Part shown: in pieces, positions 1 to 13,100 of the stretch
Numbering within the stretch: the stretch's first letter is position 1
Layout of the letters: every line of letters starts with the position of its first letter
Source of the DNA: Macrostomum hystrix
Lineage: Eukaryota > Animalia > Platyhelminthes
Assembly (NCBI GenBank): GCA_950097015.1
Contig: CATNEN010000039.1
Location: forward strand, 7,440,001-7,504,000
Reading direction: 5' to 3'
Length of the DNA stretch: 64,000 nt
Notes under the pieces: generated by a model
Told to the model about the DNA's origin: nothing
Database searches by the model: none
The model's input: the letters and a program-made list of their open reading frames with translations, nothing else
Program-made: the position numbers and the translations under genes

Positions 1-251
1 GTATCAGTGAAGTCGAAATTGAGTGTGAGGAACCATTTATGTTAACTTGCAGCCAAAACTTTATGTTCCTTTCAGATGGCAAAGGTCAAGGTGGTAGGAT
101 AACATCACTGACAAGAAACCCTCACCAGCTTATTTTAATAGCCTATATAGCTTCATAGCCCTTAGGCCTATCCATCTATCACATGCGCTTAATTAAAAAC
201 TTGATAAATGTCATAAATTTTGCATAGTAATATACATTGAGATTTTCTCAC

Positions 252-707
252 CTTTAAATGTTCAACTGACTTAAAGCTGATGATTGAAAAGCCATCAATA
301 ACATCTTCTTTAAAGTCAATAAAAAAGGCAGGGAGCATCGATTTAGGAGTGGATTGGTCTTTGCTATCCGCGACTTCGGCAGCATATGGACTATCTTTCG
401 ATGGACTTTGTCTTGCACTTGAGACTGGTGTCTTTCTGACAAGACTTTCCGAAGGTAGGCCTAATGGATCACAAGTAGATGGAGACTGTTCCGAAGTATA
501 TTTGATGGGAACATTCGGAAGCTTTTGCACATACTCGAAACACTTTAGAGAAGAATTGTAAGGTGGAATCTGTTTATTTAGCAAATCTTCAGTTGACAAG
601 GGTTTCACGTCTCGCAAATCTTTGTAACATTTCGAACTACTCGATTTGTGACTATCATCAACACCATTACTTGTCTGGCCAGAGGAATAAGCTCGCTTGC
701 CTTCCAT
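252..707 (-). CDS. AUTS2/fibrosin-like (tay bridge) family protein, N-terminal coding exon; gene continues off the left edge
   Basis: The ORF ends in KEDVIDGFSIISFKSVEHLK, which matches the conserved AUTS2/FBRSL1/Tay N-terminal motif EED(I/V)IDGFA...SF...E.L. It is followed directly by a donor AAG|GTGAGA at 252/251. A pyrimidine tract and AG acceptor lie just upstream of the ATG at 707. Confidence 0.7.
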
Positions 708-2486
708 CTGTCAATCTAACAGAAAAAGAAGGCTTCAGAGCCTTCTCCTACACTAGCCAATAACCTTTTATTTGAAAGTATACATTGCATAATCACAATT
801 GCAAATTATGCATAGCCTATCTATAGAACTTTAAAACAAAGATGGTACGTCGAGCCACCATGATTCTAAGAATCAGAATTTAGAGAACTGCATTTTTAAA
901 GAATGTGCTGGATGCTAAAACAAATGTTTCATATTATTAATTAAAAACTTACCGTCATTCTTTTAAAAAGTTTGATATAACTTTTTTAACTTATTAGAAA
1001 ATGAAATCGTATTTTTTAAAGTATTTTTTACTTTTTCCCTTTGATTACTACTACGCGAATGATATCCCTACTCTAGTGTTTGAGTAAAATGAAATGGTGC
1101 TTCATTTTCTACGGATAACTGACAAAACTGCCTTAGATATTACTTTTATCCCATCAATAATATTTTATCCCTTGATAATTTATGCACGTTGGATTTATTC
1201 AATAAAATTGAAGAATCTTTTGTATGGCTGAACCCTAGAGTACGACACACCATGCACAACGGAGCCTTTGCTACGAATACTTTCATTCATATTGCGGTAA
1301 TATAATTCGCTTGCTGACGCGTGGGCTCGCGGTTGCTACACATATTATGTACATGCACGTGTATAACTGTGGCCATTACATTTTGTGATTGCGTTTCGTG
1401 TCGGCCTCTATAGCCGCCTATCTCTGTCGTCGCAATCACAATTTTTTGGCCTCTCAACCACATACAGCGTGTTTAGTAGTCGTTCAGTAAGGCTGACTTG
1501 AACCTATTACAATGTCTGGCAATTAAAAAGCATCAACTGGCCATCGGCTCTCAGCGCAGCCCTTAGCCAAGCGCAGAACTCAAAAAACCAACGCAGCGCA
1601 GCAACTCCAGTCACAATAACGCCATAACTCGCCACCTCAGCAGGCTGAGTTATGGAGATATTGTGACTGGAGACCGGGGCTTGTCGCAGAGACCGTGGAG
1701 TCCCATCGTGGAGTCCCATCAACTCTACAATGAGCATCTCATCGCGCCCAGCAACCTTCGGTTTACCTGCATTGCTAAGCAATCCAATGAGCAGCAGCTC
1801 CAACCGGCTGAAACCGATCTGCATTCGGTTCAACACTGAAACCGGCATAGCAAAGTTGCCAGTCTACTAGATTTACAGGGCTGCCATGCACCTCGCCTGT
1901 CACCGAAGCTTCAAGACATTCTGCTACTGGCACAGAGAATTGTCTTTGAGAGTGCAGCTACCAGAGGATGCCGTGCCAGACTGTCACACGCCATCACGGC
2001 GCATCTAGCAACAGCTGTGTTGGACGAGCTGATGACATTGGAGCAGCAGGACATCAGCGAAGCAGTCTAGGGCCGTGGTGGCACCATGATCGTCGTGGTG
2101 CCAATCAAGGACCTCGTCTTCCTAGGATCTGCCAAGACCATATATAGCGACCTGAACGCCTGTCGGACTTCGTTGTCCAGGAAAAGCTGCAGCAGATGCC
2201 AGATACCGACATTGGACGAAGTCACCTAGGAATGCCTGCATGGAGCCAAGCCATGAGCTAGATAGATAGAGAGGTAGATACGAGATGCTCGTAGATGCAG
2301 GTTAGAAAGAGATATATATGCATGTACATGCACAGAAGCGTCTGCAGTAATGGCTGTTGCCGTTTTATTGAGGTTACGAGTGGTCGACAGTGTCTGATGC
2401 GATTCTATGTGTATGTAACTCTAGATTTAACAACAAGAGATGAACGCAGTCAAATCGAATGACTCTTGTTTTTGAAGTCTGAAGTT

Positions 2487-5400
2487 TCAAACAGCCGTCA
2501 GCATGGCTTGTTGCTGTTTCCGGTTGATTGACAGCAGATCCGCAGCAGCTGGAAGTCTGCTAGCAAATGCGCCGGACGAGCCTGCGGTAACGGACACGAC
2601 AGCTTCGGCAGTATCAGTAGAAGTAGACAGCATGCACTGAAGCTTATTCTGTGTTCGCCTCAGGGTTGACTGGCGCCGTTTCGCTTTCGTCTGGGTCAGA
2701 CTGCTGGCAGCGCTGAGCAGGCGGGCGGCGTCGCGCCTGTAGTGCGGCACGCAGGCCAGCATCAGCAGCGAGTTCGCTATCGGCTGCAGGCCCCAGCAGA
2801 GCCGGCTGACAAACAGGCGCCATTCGTCGTTAGCTGGATCGTAGAACTAGGGTTAGGGGTTAGGGGGTTGAATTTGCGTTGAAAGTGAATCGATAATGTT
2901 TTCGTTTCATAAATGAAAAAAAGATATGTGCCATTTAAGCATTACAATAATTCCTCATGAGGACCATGCAGATCAGCAGTGATAAGTGGATAATTGCGTA
3001 AAACACTGCCTTGAAAATGGTATGGCATGTTATGGTAAATGTGAAACTCTGCATTATTCTATGGCCTAAACGAATCCTAGAATCACATCTCTTGTGCTTT
3101 TACCAAACACTAAAACGTCGTCTATGGCTATAACTATGAGCGGTACCCACACCCAGCTAGAAATTAACCCTTTAAGAAAAGTCCATAGTCTATGGTACAA
3201 AGCAAAGCCAGAAGCTGTTTCTTTTCATTGTATCGCTATTGGACGATCAAATCGTATCAACTGTCTGTGGCATAGAAAAGTGAGACGCTCGTAGCAGGGG
3301 AGTGTGAAGAAAACTTGAAGAAAACTTTGATGTCTATGGTAGAGTGTATTCATACCTCTTCTCATCTAGGTTCAATGCCGAATGGCAAACAAACAATGAA
3401 TTGTAACGCATAAAAACTACAAATAATGATCGTCAAATAGTGATACAATGAGGCACTGATACACGGCTGCTTCATACGTCTAAAATGACGAAATTGGCAG
3501 AATTTTAACTGTTTTTCGTTATGTGCATCGCCCCACATGGCAAGTGGTTTCACCTGTCCCAGACTCCTGGCACCAGACGCCTGGGCGGCGAGGCTGGCAG
3601 CAAGGAAGCGGGCATACATGATGCAGCTATGTAGAGCGCTAGGCGACTGCAGAGCCGCGTAAGCCAGCGAGCAGGCCAGCAGCGACAGACTAACACGGCG
3701 AAATAGCCGAGCGTCAATAATGTGGTAGCTCAAGCTCCTGTTGCCACCGTTTCCAAGGTTATTTGATCGTCGATCACGACTCGACCAACGCCACAGATGT
3801 CGATAGCCGGATCCGGCTGCCCACAGCACGGCGAATAAAGGCACCAGGTCTCCGAGCAGCAGGTCGGTCATCGGCCAGAGCCAGGTGGTGAAGAGCTCAG
3901 TGACTGGCCAGGTGACACCCCAGCCACAATGGTAGACTCTGAGCCATTAGAAGTAAAAAAATGTAAAATCTAGCGATATTAAAGGTGTCCTAATGATATC
4001 CTATGCCAAAGCATAATGCTCGGCGTAATTTTGGACAGAATATCTCGATTATCCAACCTGTCTAGCTCGCCAACTGCGCTCTCCTTGACGACCGCCAGTG
4101 TCCACAGGTGATGACCGTTTACCAGCACAAGGACGACGCACATAAGTATGAGACTGTTCTTCACCCACTCGGCGCTGTAACGCTCCACGCATCGCAGTGG
4201 ACTGACCACCAGTCGCCTGGCATCCACGGCCATGGCTATCTGCAGCATGGATTTGAAGTGATGCAGACTTGAGTACAGCATGTTCATCAGTTGGCAGGCG
4301 CTCTCGTCCATCAGCAGCAGAGACAGTGTCAACTTGACGTCGAATGCCGACTGCAGCCACAAGTCCAGCTGGCGATAGTACAGCAGGATTGTGTCAACGA
4401 CGCACAGAACAACGAGGTGGAAACAGACTGGCAGCTGACGATCACAATATCCCATGGCAATCCTCGCTGTCAGTATATTCAGCACAGTGCCAGCGAGCAG
4501 CAGCAGCAGGGGCAGTACGCAGTTTAGCTGCACGATGATTTTGTCAGCGAAGTCCCCGGCGCAGATGTCAATGTCGACCAGGGGCTGATCAGCGATGGTC
4601 CAGGTTGGGTCGACTGCTGAAGTTGAAGACACTGCTGATGCCGTGGAGTTTCCCAGCCAAAGTGGCGAGCTTGCAGCTGTCAATTGTGAATGGGGATCGT
4701 AAAAGTGCAATGAAGGTACCAATTTTCGGCAGGTACGAGTTTAGATCAGTATACAGTATCGAAAGCTCTTTGAATCAAGCATTGATTTCTAGATAATGGG
4801 ATTTCTAGACAGTGGGATTTCTAGACAGTGGGATTTCTAGACAGTGGGATTTCTAGACAGTGGGATTTCTAGACAGTGGGATTTCTAGACAGTGGGATTT
4901 CTAGACAGTGGGATTTCTAGACAGTGGGATTTCTAGACAGTGGGATTTCTAGACAGTGGGATTTCTAGACAGTGGGATTTCTAGACAGTGGGATTTCTAG
5001 ACAGTGGGATTTCTAGACAGTGGGATTTCTAGATAATCGGATTTCTAGACAGTGGGCTTTCTAGACAGTGGGATTTCTAGACAGTGGGATTTCTAGACAG
5101 TGGTATTTCTAGACAGTGGGATTTCTAGACAGTGGGATTTCTAGACAGTGGGATTTCTAGACAGTGGGATTTCTAGACAGTGGGATTTCTAGACAGTGGG
5201 ATTTCTAGACAGTGGGATTTCTAGACAGTGGGATTTCTAGACAGTGGGATTTCTAGACAGTGGGATTTCTAGACAGTGGGATTTCTAGACAGTGGGATTT
5301 CTAGACAGTGGGATTTCTAGACAGTGGGATTTCTAGACAGTGGGATTTCTAGACAGTGGGATTTCTAGACAGTGGGATTTCTAGACAGTGGGATTTCTAG

Positions 5401-7300
5401 ACAGTGGGATTTCTAGACAGTGGGATTTCTAGACAGTGGGATTTCTAGACAGTGGGATTTCTAGACAGTGGGATTTCTAGACAGTGGGATTTCTAGACAG
5501 TGGGATTTCTAGACAGTGGGATTTCTAGACAGTGGTATTTCTAGACAGTGGGATTTCTAGACAGTGGGATTTCTAGACAGTGGGATTTCTAGACAGTGGT
5601 ATTTCTAGACAGTGGGATTTCTAGACAGTGGGATTTCTAGACAGTGGGATTTCTAGACAGTGGGATTTCTAGACAGTGGGATTTCTAGACAGTGGGATTT
5701 CTAGACAGTGGGATTTCTAGACAGTGGGATTTCTAGACAGTGGGATTTCTAGACAGTGGGATTTCTAGACAGTGGGATTTCTAGACAGTGGGATTTCTAG
5801 ACAGTGGGATTTCTAGACAGTGGGATTTCTAGACAGTGGGATTTCTAGACAGTGGGATTTCTAGACAGTGGGATTTCTAGACAGTGGGATTTCTAGACAG
5901 TGGGATTTCTAGACAATCAGATTAAAGGACATTGATATAGCGGGGTATATAATTTTATTCTTAATGTTGTACTTTCACGATGTATTTTATTGCGTGAGAA
6001 TATCCAATGCTGTTTTTTTGATAATAAAATTACGCAACAGTTCATATTCTACCAGCTGCATGAAGTGGCACAGAGAAGTCCAATGTATATTAGTGCTTTT
6101 TTTCGAGCAAAAAGGACTGGAGAATCATAAATTGACATACATCGAATTACTATTAAATATGGTAATTTGTTATTATTTCTGGTCTATTGAGTCACTGTTG
6201 AAAAAGCTAAAATCTAAATTCATCGAACATTATTAATCCTTGACGATTATGCTAATCTCAACATGTTTTATAAACGCTGTCTGACATTAGAGACAAGTAA
6301 GGATTAGCTTTTGTTAAAATGGTGTTTCGCGTTTTTGAATCGATCAAACTGTAAATCCCGCATTTCGCAAAAGCAAATAACTTTTTACTAATCTCTGCTA
6401 TAACTTATTTTTATCGCTGCAGATTCAAGCCATCGCCTTGTAACCGCCTTGCCATGGCCTTATTATCTTACCCGCGATTTTTTTATCGCCTGAACATCGC
6501 CTTATCATCGTCTTATCATCGCCTGATCATCGCCTTATCATCGTCTTATCATCGTCTTATCATCGCCTTATCATCGTCTTATCATCGTCTTACCATCGCC
6601 TTATCATCGTCTTATCATCGCCTTATCATCGCCTTGCCATCGCCTTACCATCGCCTTGCCATCGCCTTATCATCGCCTTATCATCGCCTTATCATCGTCT
6701 TATCATCGTCTTATCATCGCCTTATCATCGCCTTATCATCGTCTTATCATCGCCTTGCCATCGCCTTATCATCGCCTTATCATCGCCTTATCATCTTCTT
6801 ATCATCGTCTTATCATCGCCTTATCATCGCCTTATCATCGCTTTATCATCGCCTCATCATCGCCTTATCATCGCCTTGCCATCGCCTTACCATCGCCTTG
6901 CCATCGCCTTATCATCGCCTTATCATCGCCTTGCCATCGCCTCATCATCGCCTTATCATCGCCTTATCATCGCCTTATCATCGCCTTATCATCGCCTTAT
7001 CATCGCCTTATCATCGCCTTATCATCGCCTTATCATCGCCTTACCAGCAGCCGCGGTGCTGTCATACTCGGGCTCCGCGCTGGCCTGGCTCCACATGACG
7101 CAATAGTAGTCAGTGAGCCGGCCCGGGCAGTACATGCCGGAGCTCTTGTAGAAGCATCCAGCGTTGATGCCGCTAAATTTGCTAGTCCCATTGCGTAGCT
7201 GTCGGCCAAGCTCATCCTGCGAGTCCAAAGCCTGGCCCGACTTGCTGGCCCGGAACCTGATCCGACCGCCGCCGCCTCCGCCGCCGCCGCCGCGACCCAT
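2487..7300 (-). CDS. Divergent rhodopsin-like (class A) 7TM GPCR, peptide-receptor-like; exons 7300-7045, 4676-4058, 3938-3554, 2846-2487 (about 539 aa)
   Basis: Seven hydrophobic segments: TM1 GTVLNIL, TM2 LCVVD, TM3 start ACQ, TM3 end AVDARRLVVSPL, TM4 LVLVNGHHLW, ECL2 Cys (VYHCGW), TM5 LVPLFAVL, TM6 LQSP, TM7 QPIANSLLM followed by HYRRD (helix 8). All three GT-AG introns join in phase (1, 2, 0) and give 1620 nt. The first exon is the least certain. Confidence 0.8.
4785..5915. repeat. 16-bp minisatellite (GGGATTTCTAGACAGT)n, about 70 copies, in GPCR intron 1
   Basis: Directly visible, near-perfect tandem array. Confidence 0.98.
6430..7044. repeat. 11-bp minisatellite (CATCGCCTTAT)n
   Basis: Directly visible tandem array; source of the spurious ORFs at 6454-7198. 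Confidence 0.97.
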
Positions 7301-8024
7301 CTACGTGTTTTGGGATGACCTTTGTCCCGGGGAAAGTTTAAGATTATTTCTTTAGACTTTTGCAGATATTGTGCTCGAGTGAAGCTGGGCATAAACTGTG
7401 ATTTTGTGTTCACCCAGCTTCCCTTTCCCATTATTCATTGGTTTTTATGCCTACAAGAACCACTACCCTGCCACTACGCACTGTACGCACTGCTGCCTCG
7501 CCAACCCATAGCAACTATCCGATTGGCCCCTCCATTTGTTTCGCGCCTGTATCCACAGCTGTGGCCAGTATACCATCCTTCCGTCGGGGGTTCGAGAGCC
7601 ACCGCAGACAGAGACCTCGACCGCTATGAGGGCTGGGCTGTAAATGCACACTTTTCTGCACAGCGGAAATGATTGAAAGACTAGGCTAGCGCAAGCCGGT
7701 TGGAACTGCTGTTCGAGGAAAAAGTCCTGAAGTTTCAACCAAAAGCCACTCACTGCACTTCTATAGCTTTTGCTTCCTTCGATTTTTATTCGGTTTTAAG
7801 TATACGGAAATCAACTGGACCCACATTCTGGATTTATTTTCTGTTAGACTTCCTGTACATTCTGAATTTTCACATTCCAAATTTCTAAAGTTCCACATTC
7901 CACATTTTCACATTTCGACATTCCACATTCAACATTCTACGCAAAAATGTCTTCATTTCGACATTAATCCTAAGATTTGAAATTGTGACATTACACTCTT
8001 AATCACCTCACCATGATCAAGTTA

Positions 8025-8180
8025 CCATCGTCTTATCATCGCCTTATCATCGCCTTATCATCGCCTTGCCATCGCCTTGCCATCAATTTATCATCGCCTT
8101 ATCGTCGTCTTATCATCGCCTAATCATCGCCTTGCCGTAGCCTTCTCATCGCCTTACCATCGCCTTATCATCGCCTTACC
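8025..8180. repeat. Second short array of the 11-bp CATCGCCTTAT minisatellite
   Basis: Same unit as 6430-7044. Confidence 0.9.
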
Positions 8181-9039
8181 ACATTAAACATTCTACATTC
8201 CAAATTCTACCTTTCGATACTCTGCCCATTGCTGCAATCTACAGTTCCATATTTTTCATAGCCCAGATCCATATTCATAATCTAAGTATAGGCATATAGT
8301 AACTAAACAATATCGTATATTTCGAAGGTCAGTTATCATACGTTAACCGCTCAAGTAGATCAGTTGACGCTCTTCTGCTAATCGATTATACTTGATTTCT
8401 TTCCGGTTGAATAAGAGAATTAAATTTTGGATATGCGCGCTGATCTACTCGAATGACAGTCAGCTAAATATACTCAGTGGAGCTATGCGTACATATATGC
8501 ATGCATATAACGGTTAAGGCAAAGCGGGAGTCTCATCTATTGATCTGCTCACGCGGCCAACTAATTGATTCCTGCATGGCTGCTGATGCTGCTATGGATA
8601 AAGTTTCAGCTAGCTTTGATTGTCTCCCATGCATGCAAGATTCCTGCATGCAATCCGACTCGATCGACGTGCGTGGCTTACAGCGCGATCTGTGTATTGA
8701 TTCTTTTTATAATTCCGTGGTCGAATGATTCGCACGATCCCATGCTATGGCAATTTCATATCTCCACTCCGTAAGTGCATGCATACCAGAAGGTTATAGC
8801 CAGGATTTTCGATTTGGGGGGCCTGTAGGCTACGCCCTGTGAATTTGCATGCACATGTACTTTGCATTTCATGCTGCAAACTAAATGTATTAACAATAAG
8901 AACAACAACAAGACTCGCAACACCAAAGTCGCAAACTCAAAACATGCAGTCAGGGGCAACGTGAGATTTCGCGCTGCAGAGCCAGCGACCGAATAATTCC
9001 GGCTCGTTGGCGGTGTCGGGCGCCCCAGCGTACGTTGCT

Positions 9040-9320
9040 CAAAATCCACGTATCTCTCTGAGCCCGCACTTGCATGGCCTGCCTGAACGGTCCCTGCAGA
9101 GTCAGCACAGCGAAACACGTCCTGAACAGGCTGGGGGCAGTAGCTCTAGGCCCTGACGGGCGTTGCAGCTGGGCCTCGGTCCCGACGCTGCATTGTCAGC
9201 TTGAAAGGACACAAATGGCCGCTACTGCGCCAAGTCCAGCAGCAGCTCTCGTTGCGTCCACGCGATCAGTTGGCCGCCCAGGCAAGTTCTCTGCGCTGCT
9301 TAGCACTATGACTAAACCAT
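9040..9320 (-). mobile_element. Decayed 3' fragment of an RTE-like non-LTR retrotransposon
   Basis: The frameshifted minus-strand translation gives ..SYCPQPVQDV..LTLQGPFRQ..RYVD, which resembles the post-RT C-terminus of RTE-clade LINE ORFs. It is a GC-rich island with no intact ORF. Recognised from memory, not from a search. Confidence 0.4.
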
Positions 9321-10166
9321 GGAGGAAAGAATAGAATTGAGAGCTATTCCAGGCTAGCAATTTTCAAAAGAGTAGAAATTAAATTCTTTCTTCCTTCGGA
9401 TTAAACTCATTAAGCGCTGCATTGTACGATTTCCTTGGAAAAGAATATAATTTGAAGCAAAACAAAAAAAATATTTTCTATAAACAAATTACATCATTTT
9501 TGCAATATAAGCTTATTTTTTTAAACTTTAAAAGTTTAAACTTTAAACTTTAAAACTTTAAAACTTTAAATTTTAATACACCTCGTCAAATACCAATTAA
9601 TAAAGCAGTCAACAACGTTTTATAATTTTTCAATTCTTACTTTGATTTTAAAACATTATATTTTTTGTGCTGATTAGCACTTTTTACTACGATATTGTGT
9701 GTTTGTTATTCATTTTGCTTTTCTCTTTACGACGACAAAGTCGCGTTTTTTAAACGTATTCGTTTCTCTGTAATGAAGTTTACTGCCAGCATGTTGATTG
9801 ACCTCCGCACTTTGATAATTGATTAGCGGTGTGCCCGTGTTACCGTACTCCTGCGTTAATAAGTATACAATAGACAGCGATAAATCCTTAATTACCTATT
9901 TAGTTTAATGAATAAGCACTTTCAAGACAGTTCAGTTAATTTTAGCGAAGTGTTTCCTACATTGACTTTTGACATGCTTCACTCCAGTTAAAATCAGGCC
10001 GAATAGTTTATTTTGCAAGTTTCATTACATAAGCTTTTAAATCATAATATTTAACCAAGATTCGTCATATTTTTTCTTAAGTTTATTTGCATTGCACTGT
10101 CATCATTGGTCTTAGTGAACACATTGATAAATAATTCAAAATAGTCCTAGTTAGATACTGGATACA

Positions 10167-13100
10167 ATGGCTACAGCTGGTGATGCATTGAAGTGGCAGG
10201 ACTTACTCGAGAAAGAGTTTGACAAAGCATTTGTTGATTTGGATGTTTTGCTAGGCGATATTGATCCTGATCAGTCAGATTTAACTGAAGATGGTCGGCA
10301 ACACTTGACTGCCCTTAGTGGATCATTTGCTCAATTGGCTCAAAAGGCACAGACTATATTTCACTATAATGCAAAACTTGAGGTAACACATTAATTGACA
10401 TTTGTCAAGTTTTCTGTATAATCGTTTTTATATATGCAATGTTGAAATTAACATCAAATGAAAAACTAGGCCTAAAAAACTTTTATGCTGAGCAAATGAA
10501 TAAATGTTATTCCCACAGTCCTGTGCCGATAATTTCAATTTTATCCACACAGATCCATGCCGATAATTTTCTGCTTATCCACACGGCAGCTTGTATAAAT
10601 AGGTATACAACTCTTTATATTTGCCGGGCCATTAATTTCAATTTTATCCACATGGACCCGTGCCGATAATTTTCTGCTTATCCACATGGAAGCTTGTATG
10701 AATAGGTCTAAAACTCTTTATATAAATATGCTGTAAAATTTCAATTTTATCCACACGGTTCTGTTCTTTGAAACAAGGCCCTTTCAGGTTTGAATGTTTT
10801 GTTGAAACCTCGAGCCAATAGATCAACAAAGTTGCCAGTGTGTTATGACAGTGTTCTACATTTCGACCTACGCATTCATTAACAAACATTAATGTCATCC
10901 TTTTTAATTATTTTAATAACAACTCACTAAATATTTTGTCATCGTTACATCTTTTCATTTGAATTGTATTGACTTAAAAAGTAAAAAGTCTATCAAAGAA
11001 AATCAACCAGCAGAATTCCAGTCAGCACCAAACTCGTCACACATATTATACATCATTGTTATTCTTTTACACTATGAATTGATAGTGTACACTATACACT
11101 ATACTCTGAAGCAAAAGCCTAATGCTCAGAGAAGAATAGGTAGGGACTTGAAAGTAGACCTATTCATACAAGCTGCCATGTGGATAAGCAGAAAATTATC
11201 AGCATGGATCTGTGTGGATAAAATTGAAATTATCGGCACGGGACCATGGGAATAAGCACTTCCTAAATTATAATAAAATGGCTTTTTACTTTATTTGCTA
11301 AGTTAGTTATCAGTTGCTGTTGTGTCGAATTAAATTTCTTTATTTCACTGTAGAATAAATGGTAAGATGGTATATAATTATAGCTTATTTCTTATATTGG
11401 CTAGTGTAATAAATGGGGCCTTGTTAGCCCTGTAATATATACTATTTTTTATGTACAATTAGGAGGATGTTGTAGAAGACCTAAATACTATGTTATATAA
11501 TTTCGCTACTAGAATTTACCTGAGTATTTTTGTGTACATATATATAATTCAAATTAAAGTCTAGGCTAAGTTACAAGTAAATATAGAAGTAAAGTCTATA
11601 GTATATGTAAATAGTAGTTTTAGTTTTAGTTCTTAAATCATGTTACCAAGTTAAAACCAATGTGTAATAAAATTGCTGATACAAACAATTTAATCCTAGG
11701 TGTGTTATCTATTTAAGCCAATAAGCTACAAATTATAAATAGTAAAATAAGAAAGCTTTTTGTGTACACTTTTTTAAACTGAAATCTGGGCTATTTTACA
11801 TGAGCTAAAGACTGAGCTTGATGCTTATTTTAACATTTACCTAACATTTTCTTTTTTTTCAAAATATCATACATGCACAACCTCCCAAATCTTAGCTGGC
11901 CTTGCGACTTAGTTTTTGCTCTCATTTGCAACTTAGTTCATTTCATTGCTCTATTTACCACTTAGTTTGCTCTCATTTTCTCTCTTTTTCTCTCCCCTTT
12001 TTCCTTTTCTTCACGCCTTCCTTTTTTGTCCCTTGGTCCCCCCTTTGATTTTTTTGCGCTTGGTCCATTGGTTTTTGCGACTTACTTTGCTTGGCCCTCA
12101 TTTCACCCGGCTGGGTGTTGCGCATGTATGCAAAATATTATTTTAATGAAATTGTTTCTAAAGTCTAAATCTAAATCCAATTTTAATCTAACTATTATAC
12201 AGCAGTACATGTAGCTATATGCATTGACAAATTTATTGAGTTTTTAGTTTGAACATTCTTATATTAATGTAACAGGGCTTATAACTTTATTTTCCTATAT
12301 CTTGGTAGAATATCTCTCGGCATGAGTGGTTTATCCTTTTAAGGCACTGGTCTCTTATTCTCCAGTCTTTGCTGTGCGTTTTCCGTGGATCAGAGGGTCA
12401 CAGCCTCAAATAACCAACTCAACACTTGAACACCTTCTTACTCAGTTATAGCTTATTTGCTTTTCGCCACACTGGCACATTGATTTGTCTCACATGAATT
12501 GCACTTGTTTATATACACAAAAAAGGTTTGTTAACATGAATGAATTTCACAAAATATTTATAATATTTTACATAAAAAATATTTGGCGCATTCAGACAAA
12601 GAGCATAGGTACGAATTTGACTTAAAAAATGATAAAAGCATCCCTACTACATAAAAAATGCTTACATGAAGTCTACATCACACATCAATGTAGTAGCTAT
12701 TTGTTTATTCAAGTCACAACCTATGATTAATGCCAATTAGGAAGAAATTTAGGAACTTGAATATTTAAAATTCACAGTTAATTAGGACCTGAAGGCTAAA
12801 AAAGGAACTAAAAGGATTCCAAATTCTCAGTTCTAAAATTATTTAAAAATCAAAAAATTTTGGATCATCAATACTTAACCCCCAGGCTCAACTGGTGGCC
12901 CTCAAATCTGACCTAACCGAGGCCTTCTCTGCCAAGCAGTCTTTAGAGCAGGAGTGTCAGAGTCTGCTGCTCCAGCTGCACTCGTCACAGCTGGCTCAGG
13001 CGGCTACGGCTGCCGGCTCGTATGCTCTGCATCCCGATGCCACAGCCGGGGCGCACAGATCTGGCGAAGAGATTCGCAAGCAGCTAGCCGTGGACTCCGA

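Noticed and set aside
1500-2290. GC-richer block ending in TAGATAGATAGA, possibly a decayed LINE 3' end
   Set aside because: No convincing RT or endonuclease motif could be read in any frame.
8786-8839. Possible tiny hAT remnant (…TATAGCCAGG…GGCTACGCCCTG)
   Set aside because: The inverted match is short and imperfect, with no TSD.
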